DNA of 64,000 nucleotides. Source: a virus. Lineage: Duplodnaviria > Caudoviricetes. The translations under genes were made by a program, and so were the position numbers. Numbering within the stretch: position 1 is the first letter of the stretch; each line of letters begins with the position of its first letter. The stretch covers positions 1 through 64,000 of IMG/VR virus record IMGVR_UViG_3300028797_002495. One strand, given 5' to 3'. The notes under the pieces were generated by a model that saw nothing but the letters and a program-made list of their open reading frames with translations, did not search any database and was not told the origin of the DNA. Below are positions 11,601 through 21,813 of the stretch, one piece after another.

Positions 11601-13847
11601 CAAGCCACTCAAGAAGTTACTCAACGTAATGTTGAAATGGCTAAATCTGAACAACATAAAGAAGAAACTATTTATGCTTCTTTAAGAACGGAAGAAGCTG
11701 AAATAGCTTCGTTGTTTAAAGTTGGTGGAGCATTAGAAAATGCTACTCGAGCAGAAAAGGCTTATTATCTAGAAAAATATCTTGCAAGTATTGTTGACTT
11801 TACAAGTAATGATGTTGAACAATTAAAAGTTATAGTTGATGCGTTAGGATTAGGCACAGATGCTTGGGAATCTTATTATAATTCTAGAGCAAGACTTGCA
11901 GACGTAGAAGCTCAATTTAAGGCTGGTAAAATTAATTCTACGGCATATATAAAAATGACCGAAGGAATAAAATCTCAACTTAATTCTGAAATGGAAGGTT
12001 ATAAGAGTGAAATATCAGATATAGCATCTCATTATTTATTTGGTGGAGATCCTGCCGATGCCGGAACTGAAGCTGCGGACGCATACCTTGAAGCATTTAA
12101 TAAAGAACTTGGAGAACTTGATGCACTAAAAGATGCTGGAATTATAAGTGAAAAAGAGTATCTTGAGAGATTAAGAGCTTTATATATTAAATATTTTGCC
12201 GATAAGAAAAAATATTATCAGCAATTTAAACAATATGAAAAGCAATATCTTGAAGGATTAAAAGGTCTTTATGAATCTGCTATTTCTGCATCAATAACTA
12301 TACTTAATGATAGTAAAGAAGAAATTGAAAAGCAGAAAGACGAAACAATTAAATCTTTAGAAGAGCAACGTGATTCTGAAAAGAAAACTATTCAGGAAAG
12401 TATAGATGGTCTTGAAGACGAAAAAGAAGCTCTTGAAAAAGCCAACGAAGAACGTGAGAAGGCGATGAACCTTCAAAAGGCTCAATATGAATTAGAGCGT
12501 GCTCATTCTCAAAGAACAAGACTTATATATAAGAATGGTCAGATGCAATATGTCAACGATAGTGCAGATGTACGTGATGCTAAAAATAACGTTGACGACC
12601 TTCTTAGACAGCGTGCCGTTGATGAACTTGATGATAAGATAGATGGTCTTAATAAAAAACTTGAAGAAGTTGAGGATCACTATACTAAACTTATTGAAGA
12701 AACTGAAAAGATGTATGATGAGCAAATCGAGGGTGTTCAAAAACTCATTGATATGTGGGAGAAACTTCAGCATCAAGCAGAATTAGTTGAAGTATATGAA
12801 GCTCTTGGTAATTTTGGAATTACTGCTCAAGATGTTCTTTCGGGAAATCTCGATATATTTAACCAAATCAAAGACGGATATACTGGAGTATTTGCTGGAT
12901 TAAGTGATGATATTGGAGCTGTAGCTCAAGCATTTGGTACGACTGCGGATCAAGCAATAGTATTTAAAAACGCATTGCTTGGATATGATGCTGCTACTCA
13001 GGCATTCTCCGATATGGATGTTAAGCTTAAAGATGTTGGTTATGCTGCCGAAGAAGCTGCAAGAGCAATTGGTGATGATAATGATTTTCAGACAACATCT
13101 GGAGGCATAAGTGCTGTTGGAGCAACCGAGAAATTAGGAACTACTGTCGCATCTGTTACTGATGATGCTATTACTAGATTTAACAATTGGCATAATACTA
13201 TTACTTCTTGTGCAGAAGACTTAGAGGCTTTAGCAAACCAAGTTGCCAAGATGAATATGCCAAAGTATGATGCAAATGGTTTCAAACTGAATACTAATTT
13301 CAGAGGAACTGCTTACGCAAATGGTAATTGGTCTGCTAAATCAAAAGGTGCTGATGGAACATCATTAGTTGGTGAACTTGGTACTGAATTGGTTGTAGAT
13401 GGTAAGACTGGACAGTGGCGTACCGTTGGAAATAAGGGTGCCGAATTTACACATATCAAAGCTAACGATATTGTATTTAATCATAAGCAAACCGAAGATC
13501 TTCTTAAGAACGGCAAAATCAATTCTCGTGGCAAAGCATACGCTTCAGGAAATAATAATAAATTTACTTCTCTTTCATCTGAAGAGTTGAGTAAATATAC
13601 AAAACTAAGTTTCACAGCAGACTTAGCCGAGAAATTAGATTTCGGAAATCAAAAGCTAATGAATATAGATAAAGCGGTAAGTACAATAAGTAATAATAAG
13701 ACGGTTAATAATAACCCTGTTATTAACGTCAACAATCCTACATTTACTTGTACCGGAGTTAATTCAGAACAAGTTGTTGCCGAGATTCAGGCAGCATTTA
13801 CTGGATTGTTCTCTAATGCTTATCAGCGTAGTATGACAACAAAGTAA
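8604..13847 (+). CDS. Tape measure protein, exon 2 (1747 aa)
   Basis: In frame with exon 1 after splicing. Coiled-coil and Ala/Gly-rich amphipathic segments, with a C-terminal ANG...LVGELGTELVV motif common to TMP ends. There is no SD before the ATG at 8622. Confidence 0.9.
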   Translation, partial: KRNSNVMIALLQNAEKVKDVYKTAEESAGSAQREQENYAKSILYSIDRVKATWSEMIANILKSQDVKKLIDTSADALAKLGDTAEKLSAPLANIMKLLGMIANALATIISIGDGIPAIGIAGGLGAKKLYDNFSGKEKGKSSNIFQKIFNSKNNNIDDVAEDIAQDFSENLIEDIAEESIGDKVKKELADQMSGKIFSKQGLAQALKSYDPHEKDSAMKLVSQLASFNEDSINEALNATDLITSQKNSIKNAIEKYVEEHKDDAQFAGFWEDFIDEETEEGMEKLYGFFDELGLAEEKLEEGSEKASLFSKAGIAVQKAWKKAGEALGLTSLQLGALTVAITASIAAIGYLIYKYNELNVTVADIDTEIDEVNSKIGDLKSRIQELEDIGYRNSQENAKLAALRQELDLQEKILEVEEKRRAHELTEDNSIFYFDKDNLSDRYEYDFGESAKVSEMSGAAGVWRAIKSLKEYKEYGDTVGDLSDKIDEELNEYKTAVDQISQGIDATEEKDDSVEKLNKYLLDLSKANTAYIDGINQLEDVLNSEYASRADKNKAQDLLDKYKAAQKEIQTIIDDTQKDMGEYDYSTAIQGMLDNVDGLENKLVELYQQGELNADNIYDIIDQKIVKALEDAEIEASDVLALIQNIADPDKLWRDQTKNQLYEQLKNVEGTAFNQSRINYLFDQAGIDLENKDHLQAYLDVQANFGDERTKYWTLDKWIEEIQKKLSQSDLEVSIESPTLKDLMKRNTGKTEEDKDKTFGDDIDNYSSKISTLEGYLDKLQDGTYTDTDLLELSKEFGITASSVDQLKVRIAELGQEELDKLNEQIEEYKKEAEENGDTELVKGLEEIQKASKAVYDQMVETNDVLKQNKDIRSDIWGSKAGMDQLSAIYKDIKDGAEFDWSSIVNNNEFRENFKRFGKEYEDFINGVFAHPKNIKANQEAFNDLADSYLKAEHILDGLNESEKEQSKRLLDSIGVINSTEMIKAEQTSQIIDQAFKQAQATQEVTQRNVEMAKSEQHKEETIYASLRTEEAEIASLFKVGGALENATRAEKAYYLEKYLASIVDFTSNDVEQLKVIVDALGLGTDAWESYYNSRARLADVEAQFKAGKINSTAYIKMTEGIKSQLNSEMEGYKSEISDIASHYLFGGDPADAGTEAADAYLEAFNKELGELDALKDAGIISEKEYLERLRALYIKYFADKKKYYQQFKQYEKQYLEGLKGLYESAISASITILNDSKEEIEKQKDETIKSLEEQRDSEKKTIQESIDGLEDEKEALEKANEEREKAMNLQKAQYELERAHSQRTRLIYKNGQMQYVNDSADVRDAKNNVDDLLRQRAVDELDDKIDGLNKKLEEVEDHYTKLIEETEKMYDEQIEGVQKLIDMWEKLQHQAELVEVYEALGNFGITAQDVLSGNLDIFNQIKDGYTGVFAGLSDDIGAVAQAFGTTADQAIVFKNALLGYDAATQAFSDMDVKLKDVGYAAEEAARAIGDDNDFQTTSGGISAVGATEKLGTTVASVTDDAITRFNNWHNTITSCAEDLEALANQVAKMNMPKYDANGFKLNTNFRGTAYANGNWSAKSKGADGTSLVGELGTELVVDGKTGQWRTVGNKGAEFTHIKANDIVFNHKQTEDLLKNGKINSRGKAYASGNNNKFTSLSSEELSKYTKLSFTADLAEKLDFGNQKLMNIDKAVSTISNNKTVNNNPVINVNNPTFTCTGVNSEQVVAEIQAAFTGLFSNAYQRSMTTK

Positions 13848-13893
13848 TGTACTGCCATTTATCATAGATTATGATTAAAAGGACATTTGTTTG

Positions 13894-13919
13894 GGAGAGT
13901 GGTTTCACCGCCACTCTCC
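13894..13919 (+). terminator. Hairpin after tape measure gene (terminator or processing site)
   Basis: GGAGAGTGG-N8-CCACTCTCC stem with only a weak U tract. Confidence 0.55.
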
Positions 13920-13939
13920 TATTTCGTGAGGAAATTAGC

Positions 13940-14407
13940 ATGAACGTACAAGAGGAAATTTTGAATGCCATAGATGTTATGGTACAAAAAGGAATAGAAA
14001 AGAGTAATCCCGAAACCACTCGTCGTGGAGTTGTTACGGGTATGGAAAATGGAAAATACCAAGTGTCAATTGATGGCACTGAAGTTAGTGTATATGATTC
14101 TGTGGGTTGCAACCCGAAGATTGGAGACGGTGTTTTTGTACAGACACCCAATGGTAGTTTAATTAATGCCTTTATTACCGGACTGCTTAAAAGTAATGCC
14201 AAAGGTGGTGGAGGCGGCACTGATGTGGTTGCTAATCCTGAAGGACAAGCGACGGGTGATTTAGAGAAAATACAAATATCTGGTGTTATATATGATGTGG
14301 TTGGTGGCGGTATGGGAGATCAGGCAATTGTTTCTGTAAATGCGATGCCAACTGTTAGAGTTCCTAATTATGTATATATTATTCGTGGAGACGTTGCGTT
14401 GATGTGA
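13940..14407 (+). CDS. Hypothetical tail/baseplate protein
   Basis: GAGG RBS before the ATG at 13940. The ORF-track start at 13871 runs through the hairpin. Confidence 0.55.
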   Translation: MNVQEEILNAIDVMVQKGIEKSNPETTRRGVVTGMENGKYQVSIDGTEVSVYDSVGCNPKIGDGVFVQTPNGSLINAFITGLLKSNAKGGGGGTDVVANPEGQATGDLEKIQISGVIYDVVGGGMGDQAIVSVNAMPTVRVPNYVYIIRGDVALM

Positions 14408-14408
14408 G

Positions 14409-16055
14409 GTGTTTATGGGAAGACAAAGAAATAAACAGAATCAAACTGCACGAATATATTATAGAGAACGAGATCATCGTGAAGTAATAATGGATGATAG
14501 TTATCATGGAGCAATGTATTTGCCCGATCAAGTCGAACCAGTATGGAGAAGATATAAACCAAGATTGGTTATGGGGTCGGTTGTTACTTCTGAGAATTCT
14601 AGCTCAGGGCACAACTCGCATCTGGTAACAGTAGACGTAGAAAATAAATATTTTACAATGTTAACTTATATTCCTGATTATTATCAATATGTTGGAGTTT
14701 TAAGAACTGTTAGTTGTTCAAGAATTTTTATTCCAAACAAAGATATTATATGGGTTTATTACGCTGAAACATATTTAGATAGAGGAGACGGAGGATTTCC
14801 TTCGTGTGGACTTATAAGCAAAAACGGGTATGATTGGAAACCTATGCAATATTGGCCATTACCCCCCGGAGTACATAACTACGGGCAACATGAAAGAGTA
14901 TTTGGAGACGGTCATTTCATATTCGACGATCAAACAAATTTGTATAGCGTATATGATTTTGATTATCAAGAAGGAGAAAATGTCGCAACTATAATATGTT
15001 TAGGAAGTGTTCCAAGAAATAATGTTTACGGGTACGCCATAGCTCCAATAAATACAGAGCAATATAGTGGATATATATCTTATAAAAACACTACTACATA
15101 TGTAATAAGAAATAGAATATATTATTATACTTATAAGTATGATGTTAATATATATGATTATTTATCAAGTTCGTGGGTTAATATATATCATAAAGATGGC
15201 GCAAGTAATGTACAAGCGCAAGCATATGATGTAGACAGACTGGACGATGTTCGTGCAACATATTGCCTTAATGATCAAATATTTTTTATCGAGTGTTGGA
15301 CGAAAACGTCTCAAAGCACAGGAATGACAACTCAAAGATTTGTATGTGTTCATTCTCCTATGTCAAATATAAATTTGAATTCATGGACTGAATCTGAATT
15401 TTTTTCTTGGGAATATAGAGCAACACCATCTTCAAGCGCAGACTATTATGTAAATAGACTTTCTTTCATAATGGTTAGAAACGATACGGTGTATTTATAT
15501 ATGGTTAGACATTTTTCTGCAAACAATGAAAAATGGGCATTGTTTAAAACTTCAAATCTTATCGATTGGGAGGAGATAGTTTTGCCTGACTATTTAGATG
15601 TTCCATATTTTAACGAAGACAATTCTAATGGTAAATATGGAGTCGTTGTAGAAAGTGAATATGATTATGTAAGAATCCCAATTTCTATGTCTGCTTTAAA
15701 TAATGTGCCGTCAAATATTGTTTTAGCAACTGATGATTATATTAAAATTTTTGGAGGAAATATGGGGTTTCTTCCAACTGGTTATGGAAATAATGAACCC
15801 AGAAGTGAGGATGTTTGGTTTGAGATATTAGACGGAAAAATCACAACAGACGTTCCAAGTGAAGATTTATGGATATTTGATGTGTGTCCTAACACTATTA
15901 TATATATAGATAATATGACATTTAGTGAAAGTTCAAATAATTGTGCATATGCTATTTATGAACCAAAAACAATAGAAACAATACCTGATTATCATTATGA
16001 TATACATCCATACAAAGAACCAATAGATGAATCAGATTATATATTTAATTCATAG
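14409..16055 (+). CDS. Tyr-rich beta-structured tail protein
   Basis: 548-aa ORF with GTG start after GAGG, lying between the TMP and baseplate genes. Confidence 0.5.
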   Translation: MFMGRQRNKQNQTARIYYRERDHREVIMDDSYHGAMYLPDQVEPVWRRYKPRLVMGSVVTSENSSSGHNSHLVTVDVENKYFTMLTYIPDYYQYVGVLRTVSCSRIFIPNKDIIWVYYAETYLDRGDGGFPSCGLISKNGYDWKPMQYWPLPPGVHNYGQHERVFGDGHFIFDDQTNLYSVYDFDYQEGENVATIICLGSVPRNNVYGYAIAPINTEQYSGYISYKNTTTYVIRNRIYYYTYKYDVNIYDYLSSSWVNIYHKDGASNVQAQAYDVDRLDDVRATYCLNDQIFFIECWTKTSQSTGMTTQRFVCVHSPMSNINLNSWTESEFFSWEYRATPSSSADYYVNRLSFIMVRNDTVYLYMVRHFSANNEKWALFKTSNLIDWEEIVLPDYLDVPYFNEDNSNGKYGVVVESEYDYVRIPISMSALNNVPSNIVLATDDYIKIFGGNMGFLPTGYGNNEPRSEDVWFEILDGKITTDVPSEDLWIFDVCPNTIIYIDNMTFSESSNNCAYAIYEPKTIETIPDYHYDIHPYKEPIDESDYIFNS

Positions 16056-16068
16056 AAAGGAGGAATAA

Positions 16069-17295
16069 ATGCGTCCTGTCATAGAACAAATAGACAGTTT
16101 TGATGCGACCAATGGTAGATCAATTAAATTTTATTATGGTGGCAATCAATCATATGGAAGCTTATTAAATGTATATGAAGCAAATAATTTACGCACTCCT
16201 GTCTATACAAATAAAGTAATAAATATGAATTATACTAATGCCATAGCAAGCTCAATACTTAAAAATGGCATTCAATATGTAGCAGAAATCATTTCATATG
16301 ATAATAATGGATTTCCTAGCGAACCTTCAAATAAAACGTATTTTTGGTGTTTTGCAACTCCCACATTTAAATTCTCAAATTTAACCGATGGAGATATTTT
16401 AGATAATCAATCTTTCGTTGCTGATTTATTATATCAACAAGAAGACGGAATAGATATTTCACAATTTAGATATGAACTTTATGACTATCAAATGACATTA
16501 TTGTCTGCAAGTGATTATTATTCAGATTATAATAATCATTCTTCTTATAGTTATAATGGACTTGAAAATAATCAAAGATATTATATTCGTGCATATGGAT
16601 TTACAACTAGATCTCAAATATTAGATACGGGGTTTTTAAGTATTTTTATTTTATTTGAAAATCCGGATGCTTATTCTATATTATATGCTAATGCCGATAA
16701 TGATAATGGTGTAATAGAATATAATACTAATATTAGACTTATAGAGGCTAATCGAGATTACAAATCTTATCAATACCAAGGTGGAGTAATAGACTTAACG
16801 AATGATAAGTTGGTTTATGATACTAATTTTGTTATAGATGGTAATTTTATTATGGCGGTGAGACATAAATATGTTATTGGAAAAATTCTTATGTGTTCAA
16901 ATATAAATAAAGGATTTAATTTGGAGATAATAGAATGTCCAAACAATTTATATAGATATAAACTGTCTGTTCCCAATGAGGTTTGTAATTATATTCTTTA
17001 TTCTTTGCCATTTGAAATGGATGAAACTAGTTTGATAACTTGTTGGATAAGAAGAGTTAATAATTTATATGAATTAACGGTGTTCAATGGCAGAGACACT
17101 TCTAGTGAATATAATTTATATCTTGGTTCGGTTCGTCCTTATAGCGACGTTATGAGATATGACTTATGGATAGATACTGATAGAACTCCTACTGTAAGAA
17201 TTGAAAAAGAAGATGTTGTTGTTTGGAAGCAACTTACCGAGCCTGAAACTGCTGAATTTGGTAATATTTGGATTGATGTAGAGGAGGGGACATAA
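16069..17295 (+). CDS. Tail/baseplate structural protein (fibronectin-III-like beta repeats)
   Basis: AGGAGG RBS, beta-rich segments such as YNGLENNQRYYIRAYG, tail module context. Confidence 0.55.
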   Translation: MRPVIEQIDSFDATNGRSIKFYYGGNQSYGSLLNVYEANNLRTPVYTNKVINMNYTNAIASSILKNGIQYVAEIISYDNNGFPSEPSNKTYFWCFATPTFKFSNLTDGDILDNQSFVADLLYQQEDGIDISQFRYELYDYQMTLLSASDYYSDYNNHSSYSYNGLENNQRYYIRAYGFTTRSQILDTGFLSIFILFENPDAYSILYANADNDNGVIEYNTNIRLIEANRDYKSYQYQGGVIDLTNDKLVYDTNFVIDGNFIMAVRHKYVIGKILMCSNINKGFNLEIIECPNNLYRYKLSVPNEVCNYILYSLPFEMDETSLITCWIRRVNNLYELTVFNGRDTSSEYNLYLGSVRPYSDVMRYDLWIDTDRTPTVRIEKEDVVVWKQLTEPETAEFGNIWIDVEEGT

Positions 17296-18248
17296 TGATA
17301 TTTTTAAGCTATAACTCTTCTACTGTTGGTTCTACGTTTTTAGGAGGAGATATTTTTACACTTCCATGTGCTCCTACAAACATAGACCATATAACTAGTG
17401 TTGAGTTGTCTAATGCTGAATTTGATGAATTATATGTTACTTATAATGTAGATAGCTCTGGGTTAGAAACAAATGAAATTCCAGACTCATGGGATTTTGA
17501 TACAATAATGCTTGCTCATTATAATAGCGATCATTCTGCAGGAAATGTTAATTGGCATTTAAAGGAATTAAGCAATTTATTAATAAAAGTAAAACCTCAA
17601 AATGAAAGTACATGGATAATAAGCCATGTTAAAAACATTGAAGATTATGATGATTTAGTAATAATTGGAAAATTTCTTGCAGCAATGACTGGTGTGTGGA
17701 ATGTAGCTTTAGTTCCAGTTACTTCTGGGCTTGAAGGAACATATATTAAATTAGCTGTAAACGTTGAAGTAAATAGATTAGTTTTATTAGATTCTGATAA
17801 TATACATAATACATTCTTGGTTGATAGTGCCGTAAGCACTCAGTCAGTTATGCCTAATGAAGCGGTGAATACTATTCATAATAAATTCCCTTATATTGTT
17901 AGAAATACAAGAGCGAATTATGAAACTGTTGATGTTACATGTACATTTTTACCTGATGATATCACTTGTTTTAATAGCGACACTGAGATTAAGGCGGCGG
18001 CAAAATGGAACAGAGAACTTAAAGCGTGGATTATGAATGGTAAAACTAAGATACTTAAAAGCCCCGAGGGAGATATGTGGCTTGGTTATATTACTACTCC
18101 TGTTTCAGATTCTCCTTATGATGATGGAGTTCAAGAATTAAGAAAACTGTCATTTGGATTAACAGAAACTGGATTACCAAATATAACAAAAGATTTATAT
18201 GAGGCAAGATTATTAGATGTTTCAGTAACAGATGAATGGGTAGTATAA
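17295..18248 (+). CDS. Distal tail-like protein
   Basis: Translationally coupled to the previous gene. C-terminal KTKILKSPEGDMWLG...LSFGLTETG resembles phage Dit-like domains. Confidence 0.5.
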   Translation: MIFLSYNSSTVGSTFLGGDIFTLPCAPTNIDHITSVELSNAEFDELYVTYNVDSSGLETNEIPDSWDFDTIMLAHYNSDHSAGNVNWHLKELSNLLIKVKPQNESTWIISHVKNIEDYDDLVIIGKFLAAMTGVWNVALVPVTSGLEGTYIKLAVNVEVNRLVLLDSDNIHNTFLVDSAVSTQSVMPNEAVNTIHNKFPYIVRNTRANYETVDVTCTFLPDDITCFNSDTEIKAAAKWNRELKAWIMNGKTKILKSPEGDMWLGYITTPVSDSPYDDGVQELRKLSFGLTETGLPNITKDLYEARLLDVSVTDEWVV

Positions 18249-18260
18249 GGAGGTGATATT

Positions 18261-20222
18261 GTGGCGACATATAATATTACCGGAGAAGATCATAGACTTA
18301 TTGCTCAAAAAATTATTGAAACAATTATAAAAATAGACATTTATGATGATTACGATCATTTTTTAGATAGCGTTTTATGTGGAGTAATTTCTTGTACAAT
18401 GTCGATTAATTCCGAATCAGACGTAAGAAGAACAGCCTCGTTAGAATTGATACCTTTAAAAAAATCAAATACTATTATCTCTGAAGATGGATTAATATGG
18501 ATAAATAGAAATATTAAATTATCTATTGGAATAAAAGATTTGTATACAAATGAATATAGATATTACAAGATGGGGACATACATTATTATGTCTCCATCTT
18601 CTTCTTATAATGAAACAACAAATGTTTTATCATTGTCGCTTTCAGATTGGACTGCTAAATTAGATGGTTCAAGAAACGGAACTCTTGGTCAATTAAAAAT
18701 AGTATATCCAGCTTATAATGATTATTTTAATACTAATTGGGTTGAGATAGCCAGAAATGAAGGAGTAGATGTTACAAACCCTACTGCTCTTATAAATTGG
18801 GCGAAAAATAATCCAAACGATGAATATCATAATAAACTTACAGAATCGAATGATCCCAATGTTATTAATGCGGTTTTTCAATTAATGACAAATACAAATT
18901 TAACAGAGGCACAACAGGATCAATATATGTCTATTATTAATCAAATTTATCCCGATGCTATTCTTGATGAATTTAGAACTATTGTTTCTGATGAACCGAT
19001 AGTTATTACGTCTATTAGAGAATATAGTATAATTCGTGACGCTATGATGACATGTGTTGGGCAGCTTGCATTTATTAAAGATAGAGACATAGACGAGCTT
19101 GGAGAATCAAAAGGTATGCCATACCATTTTCCTAATTGGGACTGGATGGGTTATAGAAAAGAAAATTATTTTTGGAATAAGATCCCTTATGATCTTGAAT
19201 TTGATAAGGGTTGTACTGTGTGGCAAATTGTAACTACAATGCGTGATTTATATGAAAAATATCAATGTTATTTTGATATTAATAATACGTTTTGTTGCGA
19301 ACTAGCTCCTAGAGGATATGATGAAATTGTAACTTTTGATAATGAATTTTTACAATCAATATTAATTTCAGAAAATACTTCTATAGATTTTAATGAAGTT
19401 AAAAACGTTACAGAAGTTTGGGGAGCAATATTTGAAACTGATTGGTTTGCTTTTGACGGAGTATCTTATAGTGGATCTATTTATTCTGTAAATATTAATG
19501 GATATACGGACGAAACTCATACCTCGTATTATAACGGAGATATGATTGCAATTAAAATTCCACAAAATAATTCTGGTCAATGTTATTTAAATGTTAATTC
19601 ATTGGGAGCAATTCCTATTTATGATGAAAATTATGAAGTTCCTATTAATGGAAGCTCAGATACTATGAATTTAACTGCCGGAGAAACATATGTGTTTAAA
19701 ATAGTTAAAAGGCGTGAGAATAAACAAGATATTATTCGTGCATATCTGTTGGGACAATATCAATCTCATGCTATGTGTGTTTTAACAGATGGTACTGTTG
19801 GTGAAACATATACAACTACAGGAGGTGTGGCGGTTGCAAAATATTCTAAAGAATATTTTAAGAAGGTATATAACGTTGATAATGTTTATATGGATGTGGT
19901 GCCTGATAGTCCTTTTACTATTCAGAAACTTGGAGTTCTTTTAAAAGTTTATGATGACGAAACAAACATACAGTCTTGCGCTACAGCTTTAGAAACGGCG
20001 AGACAAGAAAATTATAGGTCAAGTAGGTTAACGGATAATATTTCTTTAACTACCAAATTAGTTCCTTATGCTGATGTAAATCAAAAAGTTTCATATCAGC
20101 GTAGCGATATGAATTCTCCACAAGAATACTTAGTAACATCTATATCTCATGATATAGCTGGTGGAACCACTAATTGGACTTTGATAAAATATTATCCTTT
20201 ATATATTGATACGGAGGATTAA
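18261..20222 (+). CDS. Baseplate hub / Tal-like tail protein
   Basis: 653 aa, GGAGG RBS. SESDVRRTASLEL and YYKMGTYI motifs, and a C-terminal YLVTSISHDI typical of hub proteins. Confidence 0.6.
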   Translation: MATYNITGEDHRLIAQKIIETIIKIDIYDDYDHFLDSVLCGVISCTMSINSESDVRRTASLELIPLKKSNTIISEDGLIWINRNIKLSIGIKDLYTNEYRYYKMGTYIIMSPSSSYNETTNVLSLSLSDWTAKLDGSRNGTLGQLKIVYPAYNDYFNTNWVEIARNEGVDVTNPTALINWAKNNPNDEYHNKLTESNDPNVINAVFQLMTNTNLTEAQQDQYMSIINQIYPDAILDEFRTIVSDEPIVITSIREYSIIRDAMMTCVGQLAFIKDRDIDELGESKGMPYHFPNWDWMGYRKENYFWNKIPYDLEFDKGCTVWQIVTTMRDLYEKYQCYFDINNTFCCELAPRGYDEIVTFDNEFLQSILISENTSIDFNEVKNVTEVWGAIFETDWFAFDGVSYSGSIYSVNINGYTDETHTSYYNGDMIAIKIPQNNSGQCYLNVNSLGAIPIYDENYEVPINGSSDTMNLTAGETYVFKIVKRRENKQDIIRAYLLGQYQSHAMCVLTDGTVGETYTTTGGVAVAKYSKEYFKKVYNVDNVYMDVVPDSPFTIQKLGVLLKVYDDETNIQSCATALETARQENYRSSRLTDNISLTTKLVPYADVNQKVSYQRSDMNSPQEYLVTSISHDIAGGTTNWTLIKYYPLYIDTED

Positions 20223-20227
20223 ATAAT

Positions 20228-20974
20228 ATGGCTGATAATATTGTTACTGGAAGAAAGTACAGAATTAAAGCTGCCGAAAATATTTGGGATTTAATTAGTT
20301 TTTGGACTAAATCTATAGACGTAGAAATGGATGACGGAACAACTTTACAAGATAGTTTTTCTGGTTTAAAAACTTCAAGTGATGCACAAGGCGTTATTTT
20401 AGAACAACTTGCGGACGATAACGCCGCTGTCGTAGACGGTGCTCCGGGATACAGTGATACAAAAAAATATGAAAAAGGAGACATTGTAACTTACAATGGA
20501 TCACAATATTATTGTAAAACAGATATTACAAATCCTGAATCATGGAATAGTTCTCATTGGGAATTAATAACTGGATCTTTACCATTTAAATTTGGTATAG
20601 ACGCAGAGGGTAATTATGGTTATATAAAGGCAGGTGCAGATTCAGTTACCCCTTTTAGCAATTCTAAATCATTTTATATGGGAAGTGTTAATGGTAGTGG
20701 AACCTTTTATTTAAGAGATTATGGAATTAAAGAAAGTAAATGGTCAGATTTAACCGTCAATAATTTTATAGTTGGAGCTGGTTCTGCTTCTGTTAATTCT
20801 GGATGGTATTATACTGAAGGATTCGAAGGTGTTGGAGCGGGTCTTGGTGTTAGTAAATCATTTGATGCTCATGCTGGAACATTAAGTGTAAGTTCTACGC
20901 TAAGTATTTCAAGAGGAAGCGACACTAACCGTACATATCCAACCGTATATGTAACTTTTGTGGATAATGAATAA
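20228..20974 (+). CDS. Minor tail protein with small carbohydrate-binding-like module
   Basis: YSDTKKYEKGDIVTYNGSQYYC...W resembles CBM5/12-type modules. Also carries FKFGIDAEGNYGYIKAGADSVTPF. Confidence 0.5.
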   Translation: MADNIVTGRKYRIKAAENIWDLISFWTKSIDVEMDDGTTLQDSFSGLKTSSDAQGVILEQLADDNAAVVDGAPGYSDTKKYEKGDIVTYNGSQYYCKTDITNPESWNSSHWELITGSLPFKFGIDAEGNYGYIKAGADSVTPFSNSKSFYMGSVNGSGTFYLRDYGIKESKWSDLTVNNFIVGAGSASVNSGWYYTEGFEGVGAGLGVSKSFDAHAGTLSVSSTLSISRGSDTNRTYPTVYVTFVDNE

Positions 20975-20998
20975 ATTATGTAATAAAAGGAGAAAATC

Positions 20999-21328
20999 AT
21001 GAGTGAAATAAATTATACGCATGAATATGGTTCTCAACTTCCTAATACTCCCATGTCTTTACATCATTTTTTAGATGCCACAGATGCAATTTCTTCATTA
21101 ATAAATGAGGTAAAAGAATTACAAGCTCAGGGATTATATGCTGAAGCTGCTAATGTGATTACAGCTAACAATTTAAAAAGATATATGTTGACTAGCGAAT
21201 ATATTAATTTAATAGACGAAGAAACTCGTAATTTAGAAATTATGTGTAAAACAAATCAACAGAGTATATATTATATGAATAACGAACCGGCTTTTGCATT
21301 AATTTCTGATGTGTGGATTGGAGAATAA
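20999..21328 (+). CDS. Hypothetical tail protein
   Basis: AAGGAG RBS, 109 aa. Confidence 0.6.
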   Translation: MSEINYTHEYGSQLPNTPMSLHHFLDATDAISSLINEVKELQAQGLYAEAANVITANNLKRYMLTSEYINLIDEETRNLEIMCKTNQQSIYYMNNEPAFALISDVWIGE

Positions 21329-21330
21329 TC

Positions 21331-21708
21331 ATGAGAAGTTCAGATACTGTTTTTGTATCTCCTGATTATGATATTGATAGTAGATTATATTTTTCTGATA
21401 TAAGTATTAACAAAGAACCCATTATGAATGAGTATCAAAGACTATTAAGTCTGGGACAATATGATGATGCACTTAATCTTATTCAAGATGAAGATTTTTA
21501 TGGGGCTTGGTTATTAAATTTATTAGAGAATAGGGTGCATAATTTATATATATATATAAATGAATTAATTAAACCCACGTTAGGTATTTATCAGGACGAA
21601 GAGCCAGTTGGTGTAAATAATGGAATGGTATGGATAGAAAAGGCTACACATGAAGACATTTATCCGTCTTCTAATACATATCCATCATATATCTTATTTC
21701 CCACATAA
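21331..21708 (+). CDS. Hypothetical tail protein, probable paralog of the preceding gene
   Basis: GGAG RBS before MRSSD. Shares the pattern (Q/S)..GQY..A...I and ends near a similar (D/G).VWI motif. Confidence 0.55.
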   Translation: MRSSDTVFVSPDYDIDSRLYFSDISINKEPIMNEYQRLLSLGQYDDALNLIQDEDFYGAWLLNLLENRVHNLYIYINELIKPTLGIYQDEEPVGVNNGMVWIEKATHEDIYPSSNTYPSYILFPT

Positions 21709-21720
21709 TAGGAGAAATAT

Positions 21721-21813
21721 ATGGCAATAATTCTAATATCAGGAGTATTGTCTTTAGGAATAATTAGCGCAGCCTGTGCTATTGCAAAGGCGGGTGAATA
21801 CATGAATGATTAG
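21721..21813 (+). CDS. 30-aa hydrophobic membrane peptide (not in ORF track)
   Basis: AGGAG RBS, MAIILISGVLSLGIISAACAIAKAGEYMND, overlapping the next start codon. Confidence 0.5.
   Translation: MAIILISGVLSLGIISAACAIAKAGEYMND

Noticed and set aside
8622-13847. ORF-track protein of 1741 aa as an independent gene
   Set aside because: It has no SD and is exon 2 of the tape measure gene, which begins at 8604 after splicing.
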